This document shows, in pieces, positions 10,255 to 19,809 of a stretch of 64,000 nt of DNA. Numbering within the stretch: position 1 is the stretch's first letter; each line of letters starts with the position of its first letter. The stretch is from Blastocatellia bacterium (GTDB lineage Bacteria; Acidobacteriota; Blastocatellia; UBA7656): positions 2,484,615 through 2,548,614 of the forward strand of contig CAVSDJ010000007.1 of the NCBI GenBank assembly GCA_963726785.1, given 5' to 3'. The notes below the pieces were generated by a model. It worked only from the letters and a program-made list of their open reading frames with translations. It did no database searches and was not told the DNA's origin. The position numbers were made by a program, and so were the translations under genes.

Positions 10255-11880
10255 ATGAGCGTTTCATGGGGAGAGCAACTAGATCATTTATTTGCAAACT
10301 GGAACACGTCTGATAGTCCGGGCTGCGCTCTTGGGGTTTATCAGGAAGGCAAAACAGTCTACAAACGCGGTTATGGCATCGCGCATCTTGAGCACGACAT
10401 TGCTATAACTCCCTCGACCGTCTTTCATATAGCATCGCTTTCCAAACAGTTCACTGCGATGGCAATCGGTCTGCTGGCTCGTTCGGGTCACATTTCGCTT
10501 TCCGATGACATACGAAAATACATCCCTGAACTTCAGATAAGCTCTGCCATCACTTTTCGCCAGATCATCCATCACACCAGCGGACTCAGAGACCAATGGG
10601 ATATGCTGCGTCTGGGCGGCTGGCGCGATGCGGACATCAAGACGAACGGTGACATCCTGAGACTGGCAGCCTCTCAAAAGGAAATGAACTTCGCTCCCGG
10701 CACGCGCTTCCAATACATCAACACGGGCTATACGCTGATGGGCATAGCCATCAAACGCATCACAGGGAAATCGCTTCGCGAATATACGGATGAAAATATG
10801 TTCGAGCCTCTGGGAATGCGAAGCACCTTCTTTCACGACGATTATGGAAAGGTTGTAAAGAATCGAGCGCAGGCCTACTCTCGCAACAAAAGCGACCAAC
10901 TCCGTATAGACATGCCCGCGTATGAGACTGTAGGCCCGACAAATCTTTTTTCTACCGTGGAAGACTTCGAGCACTGGGAGCGAAATCTACTCTCGCCGAC
11001 CGTCGGCGACAAAGACTTTATCAAACAGATGCTAACGCCCGGCTCGCTTGATAACGGTCAGCCCGTGAGCTACGGCTTCGGGTTCATCACAGGCAATTAT
11101 CGAGGACTGGAAACCGCCGAACACGCTGGCGGAGATGCGGGTTATCGCGCTTACTTCCTTCGATTCCCTGAAGAGCGATTTGCGGTCGCAATCTTCAGTA
11201 ACTTTTCGAGAGTAAATCCGGGGCAACTTGCGCACGAAGTCGCGGACATCTGTCTGGCCGAACGCTTCAAAGCTGAAAGTTCAGACAATCAGGAGATTCC
11301 TGCGTGGGCCGGTCGCGCCGCGGGCATCCGAACGCCTCTCTCTGTTGATCTCGATGGCAAGAGCGGTTTGTACAGAGACAGCCTCAGCAGCATGACTTGC
11401 CGGATTGAATCTCGCGGAGGTCGCATCTTTCTTGATGCGAGTGCTGGCGGAGAATATGAGTTAGTCGTGGTCGAAGAGAATCATTTTCGGTTTCTCAATG
11501 CTGATGCGGAATGTCTCTTCACGCCTGCTACGGCAGATCAACCCGTGCGGATGACCGTCAAGTATGCGGGACAAGAGACGGCTCTGTGCGAACGCATTAC
11601 CGATGAAGAGATAGCGCCTGATTTCAGAGCCGACGAATACGCAGGAACTTACCAGAGCGAAGAACTCGATGTCCAATACACTATTGAACTGTCAGGCGAA
11701 GAGATTATTTTGCGGCGCGTTAAATTCGAGCCAAGCCCTCTTGTCTTATTTGCTAAAGATGAATTTTCGGCTAACGATGAAGGACTGCACATTCGCTTTG
11801 CGCGAGACGATGCGGGCCAGATCACAGGATTGACCCTCAATGCCGAACGGGTCTGGAATGTCCGCTTTGATCGCCTTTGA
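10255..11880 (+). CDS. serine hydrolase, beta-lactamase/D-aminopeptidase family, with C-terminal beta domains
   Basis: SxxK (IASLSK), YxN (QYIN), HAG motifs; no evident signal peptide. Confidence 0.88.
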   Translation: MSVSWGEQLDHLFANWNTSDSPGCALGVYQEGKTVYKRGYGIAHLEHDIAITPSTVFHIASLSKQFTAMAIGLLARSGHISLSDDIRKYIPELQISSAITFRQIIHHTSGLRDQWDMLRLGGWRDADIKTNGDILRLAASQKEMNFAPGTRFQYINTGYTLMGIAIKRITGKSLREYTDENMFEPLGMRSTFFHDDYGKVVKNRAQAYSRNKSDQLRIDMPAYETVGPTNLFSTVEDFEHWERNLLSPTVGDKDFIKQMLTPGSLDNGQPVSYGFGFITGNYRGLETAEHAGGDAGYRAYFLRFPEERFAVAIFSNFSRVNPGQLAHEVADICLAERFKAESSDNQEIPAWAGRAAGIRTPLSVDLDGKSGLYRDSLSSMTCRIESRGGRIFLDASAGGEYELVVVEENHFRFLNADAECLFTPATADQPVRMTVKYAGQETALCERITDEEIAPDFRADEYAGTYQSEELDVQYTIELSGEEIILRRVKFEPSPLVLFAKDEFSANDEGLHIRFARDDAGQITGLTLNAERVWNVRFDRL

Positions 11881-11893
11881 ATCGCTCGCCCGT

Positions 11894-14006
11894 TCAGTCG
11901 TCTGACAATGGGCTGATCCTCACTTCCAACCCGCTGCCGAAAGGGCCTTCGCCATTTTGAAGCTGCCACAGGGAAGCGTAAAGACCTTCCTGTGCGAGAA
12001 GCTCTTCGTGATTGCCCTGCTCGCGAATCTTTCCTCTTTCGAGAACGAGAATTTTATCGGCGTTGCGAATCGTGGATAACCTGTGAGCGATCATGATCAC
12101 GCTCCTTCCTGTCGCGGCATTTTGGAGCGATCTTTTTACTGCGGATTCAGTTTCATAATCAAGGTGCGAAGTCGCTTCATCAAGAGCCAGAATCGGCGCT
12201 CCTTTCAACAACGCTCTCGCGATTGCCACGCGCTGTCTCTCCCCTCCCGATAGAAGTCGCCCGCGCTCTCCCACTTCGGACTCCAAGCCGCTGGGCAAGG
12301 ACGTGAGCATACCCAGTGCGCTTGCGTCGCGCATCGCGGAAATGATTCGCTCTTCGGAGGCGTGGGGCTGGCCGTAGGTCACGTTTCCCTGCACAGTTCC
12401 TTGAAATAAATATACATCCTGACTGACCCAACCTATGGCCGCTCGCAGGTCTTTGAGATTCATCGTTCGGATGTCCTTGCCATCTAAAAGTATTCGCCCT
12501 GAGTCAATATCGTAAAAGCGCATGAGAAGGCGCAGCATTGTGCTTTTGCCGGAGCCTGTCGGGCCTACGATGGCGAGCGTTTCGCCGGGTCGCAAGTGGA
12601 AGGAGACGTTTTCTAAAACTTTCACAGAAGGAAAATATCCGAAAGTGACATCATCAAAGACTATCTCTCCGCGCACTGTGCTGGCAGGAAGAAGGATCGG
12701 GCCGCTGCGGATTTTCGGACGAGAATCCAGGATTTCTGTCAGACGCTCTGCTGAATGAGTTGCGCCATAATACAGTCTGGTGAGTTGTTCAAGCCCCATC
12801 GAGAGAGCCCATCAATTGTGGAAACCAGTAAACAACTCGGAGGTATTCGCTCGGCGACATTCTTCCCGAAGCAAGCAGTTGGCCCCCATACCAGGCCGTC
12901 AATGTGAATCCGCTGAAAAAGATGCCTTGAGCAAGGTGTGATTGGATCGATGCCACGACTTCGGCTTCCATTGCGGCTTCTTCCAAGCGCAAATTGCTAT
13001 CGTGCAATCGGCGCGTTTCCTGCCGCTCGCCCGTGAAGCTCTTTACATCGGCAATGCCTGCGAGATTGTTTTCGAGCTTCTGATTATACTGGCTAGACAT
13101 TTCTCCCAGGCGGGCATAACGCTCGGCGGCTACTCGTCCAAAAAAACGAGAGGACAGCAGAATGAAAGGCAAGGGCAGGCAAGCGAGAATCGCGAGCCTC
13201 GGCGATGCGCTGATTAGAAAAGTGCTGGCGACGCCTATGGTCAGTGATTTCTCGATAACCTCGTCGCCCGCTTGTTCGACGAAACGTTTGATCTGCGCCG
13301 TGTCTTCTGTGACGAGATTGATGAGCGAGCCTGTATTATGGTCGTTGAAAAACGACAAGTCCTGACCTTGAATTCGCGCAACCAGTCTGGTGCGAAGTCT
13401 GTGCTCGGTCGCGCGGGCAAGCTTTCGCCATGCCTTCCTCCGCTTATACTGAACCCATAAATCTGCGCAGGTTAAAAACACACTCAGGCCGCTCATGAAG
13501 GCAAGGCGGGAACCCGTTTTGACCAGGCCCAAAGTTCGCAAGAAGCCCGGCCCCTCTCCTCTGGCCGTGTTCACTGTCCCGATGAAAGAGAGACCTTGTA
13601 GTATGTGAAGCGAATGGCCCAGAACAGATAAAGCAGGTGGGGCGATTAGCTCTTCACGTTTCGGAAGAGAGGATTTGAGGATGCGTGTTAAAGCATTCGA
13701 TTTTTTCGCAACTCTGATTTCAGAAAACTTGCGGTGAGAAAGCCTTTGCAGATTATCGCGGAGAAGCGATTCTACGTTAAGGTCGGAATATTCGGGAGAG
13801 TAAGTAACAAGAACTCTGCCTGATACGGGATTGGCGCGAACATCTAAAACGCCCGGATGTTGCAGGATGGCTTTTTCCAACTCCTGCGCCAGGTCTGGCC
13901 TTCTTAGTAAAGCCTTCACCTCCCAGCGTTCTCGCCCGCGTGTTGCAGACCTGAGGCGCATCTGATACGGGTCAGTCATTGAGGCATCTTTCTTATCGTT
14001 TATCAA
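11894..14006 (-). pseudogene. ABC exporter (N-terminal HMA2-like domain + TMD + NBD) split by a +1 frameshift in a G4 run at 12794-12797
   Basis: ORF 12789-14006 (TMD) and ORF 11894-12799 (GPTGSGKST, LSGGERQR, LDEAT) fuse as GSLDG-LEQL if one G is removed. Confidence 0.8.
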
Positions 14007-14236
14007 CTTCTCTTCTGGTCTTCCTGTGAAAGTTCCTCAGTGGCTTCGGCTGCTACGTCCTCTAAATCCTCCATGGCCTGCTGTGAAATCTCTTTGAGTT
14101 TGCGCCCGGCTCGGATGCCTGTCTTGATGCCTTCTTTAGCCAGTCCTCTCCAATACCGGGCAAGAACTACTCCTGAAACAACACCAGCCAAAAGCCCTCC
14201 GAAAAAAGGCAGTTTATTACTTTTGTCTTCATTCAT
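14003..14236 (-). CDS. small membrane protein (GxxxG helix + amphipathic helix; DUF5132/DUF1490-like)
   Basis: FGGLLAGVVSGVVL followed by LAKEGIKTGI..., E.LED.AAEA; translationally coupled to the ABC gene. Confidence 0.65.
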   Translation of the reverse strand: MNEDKSNKLPFFGGLLAGVVSGVVLARYWRGLAKEGIKTGIRAGRKLKEISQQAMEDLEDVAAEATEELSQEDQKRS

Positions 14237-14260
14237 ATAGTTTCTGACCGATTGAGAGAA

Positions 14261-14734
14261 TCAAGTTTCCTTATTCGTCTTCGACGACGAAGGCCTCTTT
14301 TTGGATGAGGGCTGCCTTCTCTTCGCAGCGCTTTGAGGTAGAGAATAAGCAGACTGGGAACTATCATCTTTTACCGCTCCTGTTTGGGAAACCGGAGGCG
14401 ATTGAGTAGTGAGAGCAGACTGGGAACTATCAGATGCTTTTATCTCAGTGTAGCCATCTTGATGGCTACACTGCTCTTCCTTCTTTTGGCCGATTCCCAG
14501 CCCGAGGTGTTCGTGGATGTGACGACCAGTCGTGGCTTTCGTAAACGAATTGGCAGAGACCGCAATCAAACCGGGAAGACCGAACATTGATCTGGCGATT
14601 AAACCCAGCGCAACATGAATCGCGCCTTGCGCGAGATCACCTTCTACAAGGTTGCTTCCACCCGGCAAGATATATTCGCTGGCAAGCTTAGCACTATTCT
14701 TCAGAGGCTCAAGTTCCTCCGCTTCGTTCTTCAT
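14261..14734 (-). CDS. small hydrophobic protein, paralog 2, with low-complexity S/Q/K tail
   Basis: PGGSNLVEG..QGAIHVALGLIARSMFGLPGLIAVSANSF shared with 14772-15050; GGAG RBS. Confidence 0.75.
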   Translation of the reverse strand: MKNEAEELEPLKNSAKLASEYILPGGSNLVEGDLAQGAIHVALGLIARSMFGLPGLIAVSANSFTKATTGRHIHEHLGLGIGQKKEEQCSHQDGYTEIKASDSSQSALTTQSPPVSQTGAVKDDSSQSAYSLPQSAAKRRQPSSKKRPSSSKTNKET

Positions 14735-14931
14735 TTTTTTTCATCTCCTCTGCAGCCTGCCGAAATCAAATCTATTCCTTCTTCGGTGAAGCGCTCCCCA
14801 GCCCGAGGTGTTCGTGGATGTGACGACCAGTCGTAGCTTTCGTAAACGAATTGGCAGAGACCGCAATCAAACCGGGAAGACCGAACATTGATCTGGCGAT
14901 TAAACCCAGCGCAACATGAATCGCGCCTTGC
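14496..14931. repeat. 135-bp direct duplication (14496-14630 and 14797-14931), one mismatch
   Basis: Direct base-by-base comparison. Confidence 0.9.
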
Positions 14932-15050
14932 ACATAATTCCCTTCCACAAGATTGCTTCCGCCCGGAACTATAAGCTCGCTGGCAAAATCCACTCCTGTT
15001 TTCAAAGCTTGGGGACTATTTTCTTGAGGGTTATTGTATTCTGAACTCAT
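14772..15050 (-). CDS. small hydrophobic protein, paralog 1 (92 aa)
   Basis: AAGGAGG RBS before MSSEYNN; paralog of 14261-14734. Confidence 0.75.
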   Translation of the reverse strand: MSSEYNNPQENSPQALKTGVDFASELIVPGGSNLVEGNYVQGAIHVALGLIARSMFGLPGLIAVSANSFTKATTGRHIHEHLGLGSASPKKE

Positions 15051-15159
15051 CTTTTTTTGCCTCCTTAAGTTTGGTGATGACTTGTGAATCAATTACGTCC
15101 GATGCGTGTGACGCTACTTGCTGGAATCGTGACGCAAATAACATACGATGCCCCTCAGT

Positions 15160-16635
15160 TTATACTCGATCACATTTTTCTGCAAGCATGCTCCCGGCTT
15201 TTTCCAACAGTTCTTCATCGCTATTGAGAAGATCGTTGTGCGTAGGCAGATGTAGCAGGTCGGGCACCACTCCGATGCTTTCTAAAAGTTGGTTTGACCG
15301 CTTGCGCACCCTTCGACACCTCCGTACTGCGACCCTGAACGTTGGGGCATCAGGCATAGGCTGGAACAACTCGTTGCCGGACAAATTGAAAATCGTAGAT
15401 TGATGCCAGGGCGACGCCCCACCTCCGCCCGTGCGACGCGCGGTTCCAAGCACGCGCCCTATAGCATGATCTTGGAAGCCTGCGGCAAACATCTCTGCAC
15501 TGCTGTAGGTCAGCGCGTCTACGATCACTACGACTGGGCCGAGGTATTTCTGGCCGACGGCGTTCGCTTTCTCCAAAGAGGTTAAAGGCAAACATCGCGA
15601 ATACCTATCTTCAGGCGGCGCTGAACTTTCGATTGCATCGCGCCATCCGTGAAGCGCGGGGCTGACGTTAATAATTTGCTGAACTAGGTCTGTCATCCTG
15701 AACTGAAACGGTTGAGGCTCGATTTTTGCCGGAGTGAAAAGCTGGAGCAGTTGTTCTGCCGTAGAAATAATGCCGTCCTCGCATGCGCGCAAATCCAATA
15801 TCAATCCTTCTTTGGGCAGAGATTCAAGGGCTTCGACAAAAGGCTTCAAAAAGGCATCGGGCCGCGCATGAAAAGAAGCGACTCGAATATAACCGAAGTC
15901 GCCGAAGGAAGTCTTAACAACTCGCGCTTGAAAGGATTCGTTTGAAAAATCGTTTTCTTCTTTTTCCACCTGGAAGACCGGAGCAAACCGGCGCATAAGA
16001 TAAGACATTTCCGCCACTCGCCACTCCAGCCGCATCTTTCGTCGTTGCCCATCAAGGCTAATGCTTTCCAGTATCACATCCCCTTCGGGCGGAGGCAGAA
16101 AAGCCAGCGGGCGAAAGGTCAAAGTCTGCACAGCCTTTGCGAGTCTCGCTTCCGTGTTGGCTCCGAGCTGAAGCGCCATGTGTTGTTCGAGCGTTTTCGC
16201 CACGGGGTCGCCGTTCCACGAGATTAAAGTGTCGCCTCGTTCGAGGTCGTCTATCCCGGAACCCACAACAGCAAGACGTTGCTTGCCGTTTTTAAAATAT
16301 TCTTTCACAAGGAAAGGAAGGAACGCCGTCTTTTCAGCGAAGGGCTTTGGCAGGAAACATTGTGTGTGCCGGTCTCCGATCTCTGCAAAAATCGAGAGCA
16401 GCGCGTGATAAAAGTGTGATGTGCTTTCGGGGAGATTCGAGCGCAGGTGATCCAATCGCTTTACGGGGTCAATGCCTCGCTCTCTAAGGAATGGCAGATG
16501 CACACAAGCCTGATCCAGCAAAGCTCTTGCCTGTGCGATGATAGCCTCGCATCTCTTTTCGCATATTGCTTCATCCCATTGCTTTACCGCTGCGAGCGGC
16601 TCTGTAGGGTTTTGCCTGTCCGCAGATTTCTCCAT
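15160..16635 (-). CDS. S41 family (tail-specific) peptidase
   Basis: GYIRVASF, LILDLR, TYSSAEMFA catalytic Ser motif, TGGGG, GVVPD; PDZ-like region. Confidence 0.82.
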   Translation of the reverse strand: MEKSADRQNPTEPLAAVKQWDEAICEKRCEAIIAQARALLDQACVHLPFLRERGIDPVKRLDHLRSNLPESTSHFYHALLSIFAEIGDRHTQCFLPKPFAEKTAFLPFLVKEYFKNGKQRLAVVGSGIDDLERGDTLISWNGDPVAKTLEQHMALQLGANTEARLAKAVQTLTFRPLAFLPPPEGDVILESISLDGQRRKMRLEWRVAEMSYLMRRFAPVFQVEKEENDFSNESFQARVVKTSFGDFGYIRVASFHARPDAFLKPFVEALESLPKEGLILDLRACEDGIISTAEQLLQLFTPAKIEPQPFQFRMTDLVQQIINVSPALHGWRDAIESSAPPEDRYSRCLPLTSLEKANAVGQKYLGPVVVIVDALTYSSAEMFAAGFQDHAIGRVLGTARRTGGGGASPWHQSTIFNLSGNELFQPMPDAPTFRVAVRRCRRVRKRSNQLLESIGVVPDLLHLPTHNDLLNSDEELLEKAGSMLAEKCDRV

Positions 16636-16638
16636 AGA

Positions 16639-19600
16639 TCACTCCCACGCCAGAACGCAGGGCAAGCTTTGCGGATGGGCGATTCTCAAAAGCTCGAAGC
16701 CGATTCCTGAAAGCCCTTGAAAGAACGAAGGGTCGAAGAAATCCTTTCCCGGCTGACCCGACAGCCTGTAACCGCCCGACCTGCGCGCGCGCTCCACAAC
16801 AACGGAAGCCAGTTCAACGACTTGGCGTTGCAACTGCTCATCTGCACTCTGTACTGATGCGGCAAGCATCATGTCCACTCTGCCAAGATTGCCGCAGCAC
16901 AATCCATCTTTCTCTCCTATCGGAGATTCTGTGACCTTTTTGAGAGCCGCGTTGATGTCCTGCCTGACTTCGTGTGAATCGAAGAGCGGCAGGCCGGACA
17001 TGCGAGCCAGTCCTATCCCTGCTGCGCCGTGACACCATGCGTTCATAAAGACGGAGCGATCATTCGACGAGTAACGAAAGTCTGGCCAGTTATTTTCAGT
17101 GGCATCGAATACCGAATCCTCGAACTCTATGGCTTTCTGCGCCGCCCAGTGGAATCGTTCTTCGCCTGACGCTTCGGACAGCCGCAGCAACGCAAGAGCG
17201 ATACCCGCAGCTCCATGAGAAAATCCCGTCATGAACTTGCCGTTTATCGCGCGCCACGATGCGCCTTTTCCGGCAGACTCTTGTTTTTTGAGCAAGTGAT
17301 CTCCGCAAAGCACAGCTTTTTTCACGACCGCAGAATCTCTCGTTGCTTCGTATAATGTCAGCAGCCCCAGAATCGCCCCGGCTGCTCCTGACATAGTATC
17401 GAAATTATTGTCAGCGGCTATCCATTCGGGCGTGATTCGTTCAGATGCCATGACCGCATCGGCAAAGAGCGCAGGCTCTTCAAGCAACACCGCGCACCGG
17501 CTTAGGCCGTAGATGAAAGAGCCGACCCCTGTCGCTATGCCGAGGTTGTATCCTTCGCGAATCATTCGAGTAGGGTCTGCCGTAGAAACAAATCTCCGCA
17601 ATGACCGAAGAGCGGAAAGCGATGTGCGACGACCAGTGTCCTGCACACGCTCCATGGCAGCAAAAAACAGCGCGACTCCTGCAATGCCATTGTATAAATC
17701 CATTCGCAGAGGACGCAGTTCGTGATGACTGGCGTGCGGTAGAAGCTGGGGCGCAATCCATGTGACTTCGTCGCGAAAGAAAATGGCGCGGCTCTCGATC
17801 TCTGCGGCTATGGCATTTGCTTCTGCGATCAGTTCGTCTGAGGTAAGCAATGAGATTTCATCCGGACTCCAGCCTTGGGCGGTTTCATCTGAGGCAGACT
17901 CATGCCCGACGGAAATGGACGAGACGCGCAACGCGGCTCGGATGAAGCCTGTCTGCATATCCATATCAGCCCGGTCGAATGATGCGAGCCTCTGCCGCAC
18001 ACGGTCGAGCGCCGTATCTTCAAAAACATTTTCCAAAGCATTGCCTGTTGGCAGAAAGAGAGAACGGCTGTTGGCAAGCACTGTAAATCGCGGAATGTCG
18101 AGCCGCTCCATCGCATCCACTTCGGCCTTTAGCAGAGGCCACAGCCGCGACTTATCCGAAGATTCAAGATAGAAGCGGCTGAAGACATCCGTTTCGATGC
18201 TGCGTTCAACACCGCTCCTCATATAGCGCGGGGCATACAACTTCTTCAGCAGCAAACCTGAGATGCGCGTTGCGTGAAAGAGTATTCGTATCTCTTGTTT
18301 TCCGAGCGCATCTATTAGCCCATCGGGAGCCGTCAATTCTTCTCTGAGTTCCATAAGCAATTCGTACATGTGACGGAACCCGGAGACTATCTCTTCTGCG
18401 TATTCGGCGGCTGTCAGCGAGACGGCGTTCAAGTGAGGAAGATGTTTTTCGGAGTCTACAAAAATCGGCTCATGCTTAAGCGACATGGAATCGGTGTTGA
18501 CGTTTTTCCAAACCCTCTTTTGATAAGGCGTGAGCTGACCTGCTTTCGCGCCAAGTCCGCTGATGTCTACACAAATCCCATTCTGACCGGCTTCCCAGAA
18601 TGGCAGAAAGCCCGCGCGGAATACAGAGGCAAACATTATGTTATCGGCCACTTCATTAGCGGGCGAAAGGTCAGCGCCGCGTCGAAGTGCGGGGCGCATG
18701 AGAGTCTCCATGTCTATAAGAACCGGGTAGCCTCCGCAGGCTATGATGTTCTCGTAGAAGCAATCAGAAGCTTCCAGCGCGTAAAGCAGGCAAGCCGTCA
18801 TGCCTGCGCGATAATAAAACTTTTTCGCTTCGTCACTATTATTACAATCGGCGTACTGCGCGACTTCCACCCATCCGTGACTTCCCCTGTCCAGCACTTT
18901 CAAAAGTCGGAAATCGCCGCCGCGTTTGTTGAGATGCTCAAGCAGAGAAAACCATGCTTTTTCAATACCGAGGGCGCGCGGTTTATGGACTAACTTCAAT
19001 CCGCTTTCAAATTCCAGAATGGTGACCGTGCGCCCCTCATTGTGTCTATCCGAAAGCGATGGATGCACAGCAACAACTCTTTCGACCTCTTCGCTATCAT
19101 TGAATACTTTTTGAATCGCTGGCAAATCAGCTTCCAGCGCGCAGGCCATCTCAGAGACGTTTCGCGCCCAGAGTTGCACAGTGATGGAAAGCAGGCGGGC
19201 CAGCACGGGGTATTCGGAAAAAAAATTCCAGAGCCTTCCGGCGAGCAATCCGGTCGCAAATTTTTCGTAAAGCCCTGTTTCATCGCGAGCCGCCTCTTCA
19301 GTGTATCCATGCTCCGAACGAAAGACTGAAAATTCCAGATAGAAGGTCGGGGCCGCGATGTGACTCAGTTCTCGCAAGAGATCGTCCGTCAGTTTAGCGA
19401 GAATCTCCGGCGATAAAAGTAAACGACAAGAGGGCGCGAGCATCCCGAAGCCGGTCTTTGCGAAAGGGAAGAGGATTGCCTCAAACGGATGGCCGGATGG
19501 CTTTGAAGCTTCGATCATTGTTGGCGCGGCATCCATCGCTTCGATGAACACTAGCGCCCATTGCGGAAACTCGCCTTCAAGGCGAACTTTTCCAAGTATG

Positions 19601-19809
19601 TTGAAAACTTTTTCCGGTGTGGTATCGAGCCAGGAGAGTCGTTTCTCGAATAGATTTGAGTTATTTAGCGCGGCCCTTTCACTCCATCTTTCAAACCGGG
19701 CCTCTGCCAGTCTTGCGCTGTCGGTATCAAGTTCTGGTACGTAAGAACCTTCGAGGCGTTCCCAGAGAGTCGAGGCATCAGCCACTATCTGGCGCAAAAA
19801 GTTGCTCAC
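16639..19809 (-). CDS. lanM: class II lanthipeptide synthetase
   Basis: DUF4135 dehydratase (SDRHNEG, HKPR, DxxYEN, IDMETL) and LanC cyclase (GFSHGAAG, WCHG, LCCG, FFQGLSG). Confidence 0.95.
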   Translation of the reverse strand: MSNFLRQIVADASTLWERLEGSYVPELDTDSARLAEARFERWSERAALNNSNLFEKRLSWLDTTPEKVFNILGKVRLEGEFPQWALVFIEAMDAAPTMIEASKPSGHPFEAILFPFAKTGFGMLAPSCRLLLSPEILAKLTDDLLRELSHIAAPTFYLEFSVFRSEHGYTEEAARDETGLYEKFATGLLAGRLWNFFSEYPVLARLLSITVQLWARNVSEMACALEADLPAIQKVFNDSEEVERVVAVHPSLSDRHNEGRTVTILEFESGLKLVHKPRALGIEKAWFSLLEHLNKRGGDFRLLKVLDRGSHGWVEVAQYADCNNSDEAKKFYYRAGMTACLLYALEASDCFYENIIACGGYPVLIDMETLMRPALRRGADLSPANEVADNIMFASVFRAGFLPFWEAGQNGICVDISGLGAKAGQLTPYQKRVWKNVNTDSMSLKHEPIFVDSEKHLPHLNAVSLTAAEYAEEIVSGFRHMYELLMELREELTAPDGLIDALGKQEIRILFHATRISGLLLKKLYAPRYMRSGVERSIETDVFSRFYLESSDKSRLWPLLKAEVDAMERLDIPRFTVLANSRSLFLPTGNALENVFEDTALDRVRQRLASFDRADMDMQTGFIRAALRVSSISVGHESASDETAQGWSPDEISLLTSDELIAEANAIAAEIESRAIFFRDEVTWIAPQLLPHASHHELRPLRMDLYNGIAGVALFFAAMERVQDTGRRTSLSALRSLRRFVSTADPTRMIREGYNLGIATGVGSFIYGLSRCAVLLEEPALFADAVMASERITPEWIAADNNFDTMSGAAGAILGLLTLYEATRDSAVVKKAVLCGDHLLKKQESAGKGASWRAINGKFMTGFSHGAAGIALALLRLSEASGEERFHWAAQKAIEFEDSVFDATENNWPDFRYSSNDRSVFMNAWCHGAAGIGLARMSGLPLFDSHEVRQDINAALKKVTESPIGEKDGLCCGNLGRVDMMLAASVQSADEQLQRQVVELASVVVERARRSGGYRLSGQPGKDFFDPSFFQGLSGIGFELLRIAHPQSLPCVLAWE

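Noticed and set aside
15071-15403. Cys/Thr-rich plus-strand ORF (MTCESITSDACDATCW...) as a third precursor
   Set aside because: No leader motif or RBS, and mostly antisense to the S41 peptidase.
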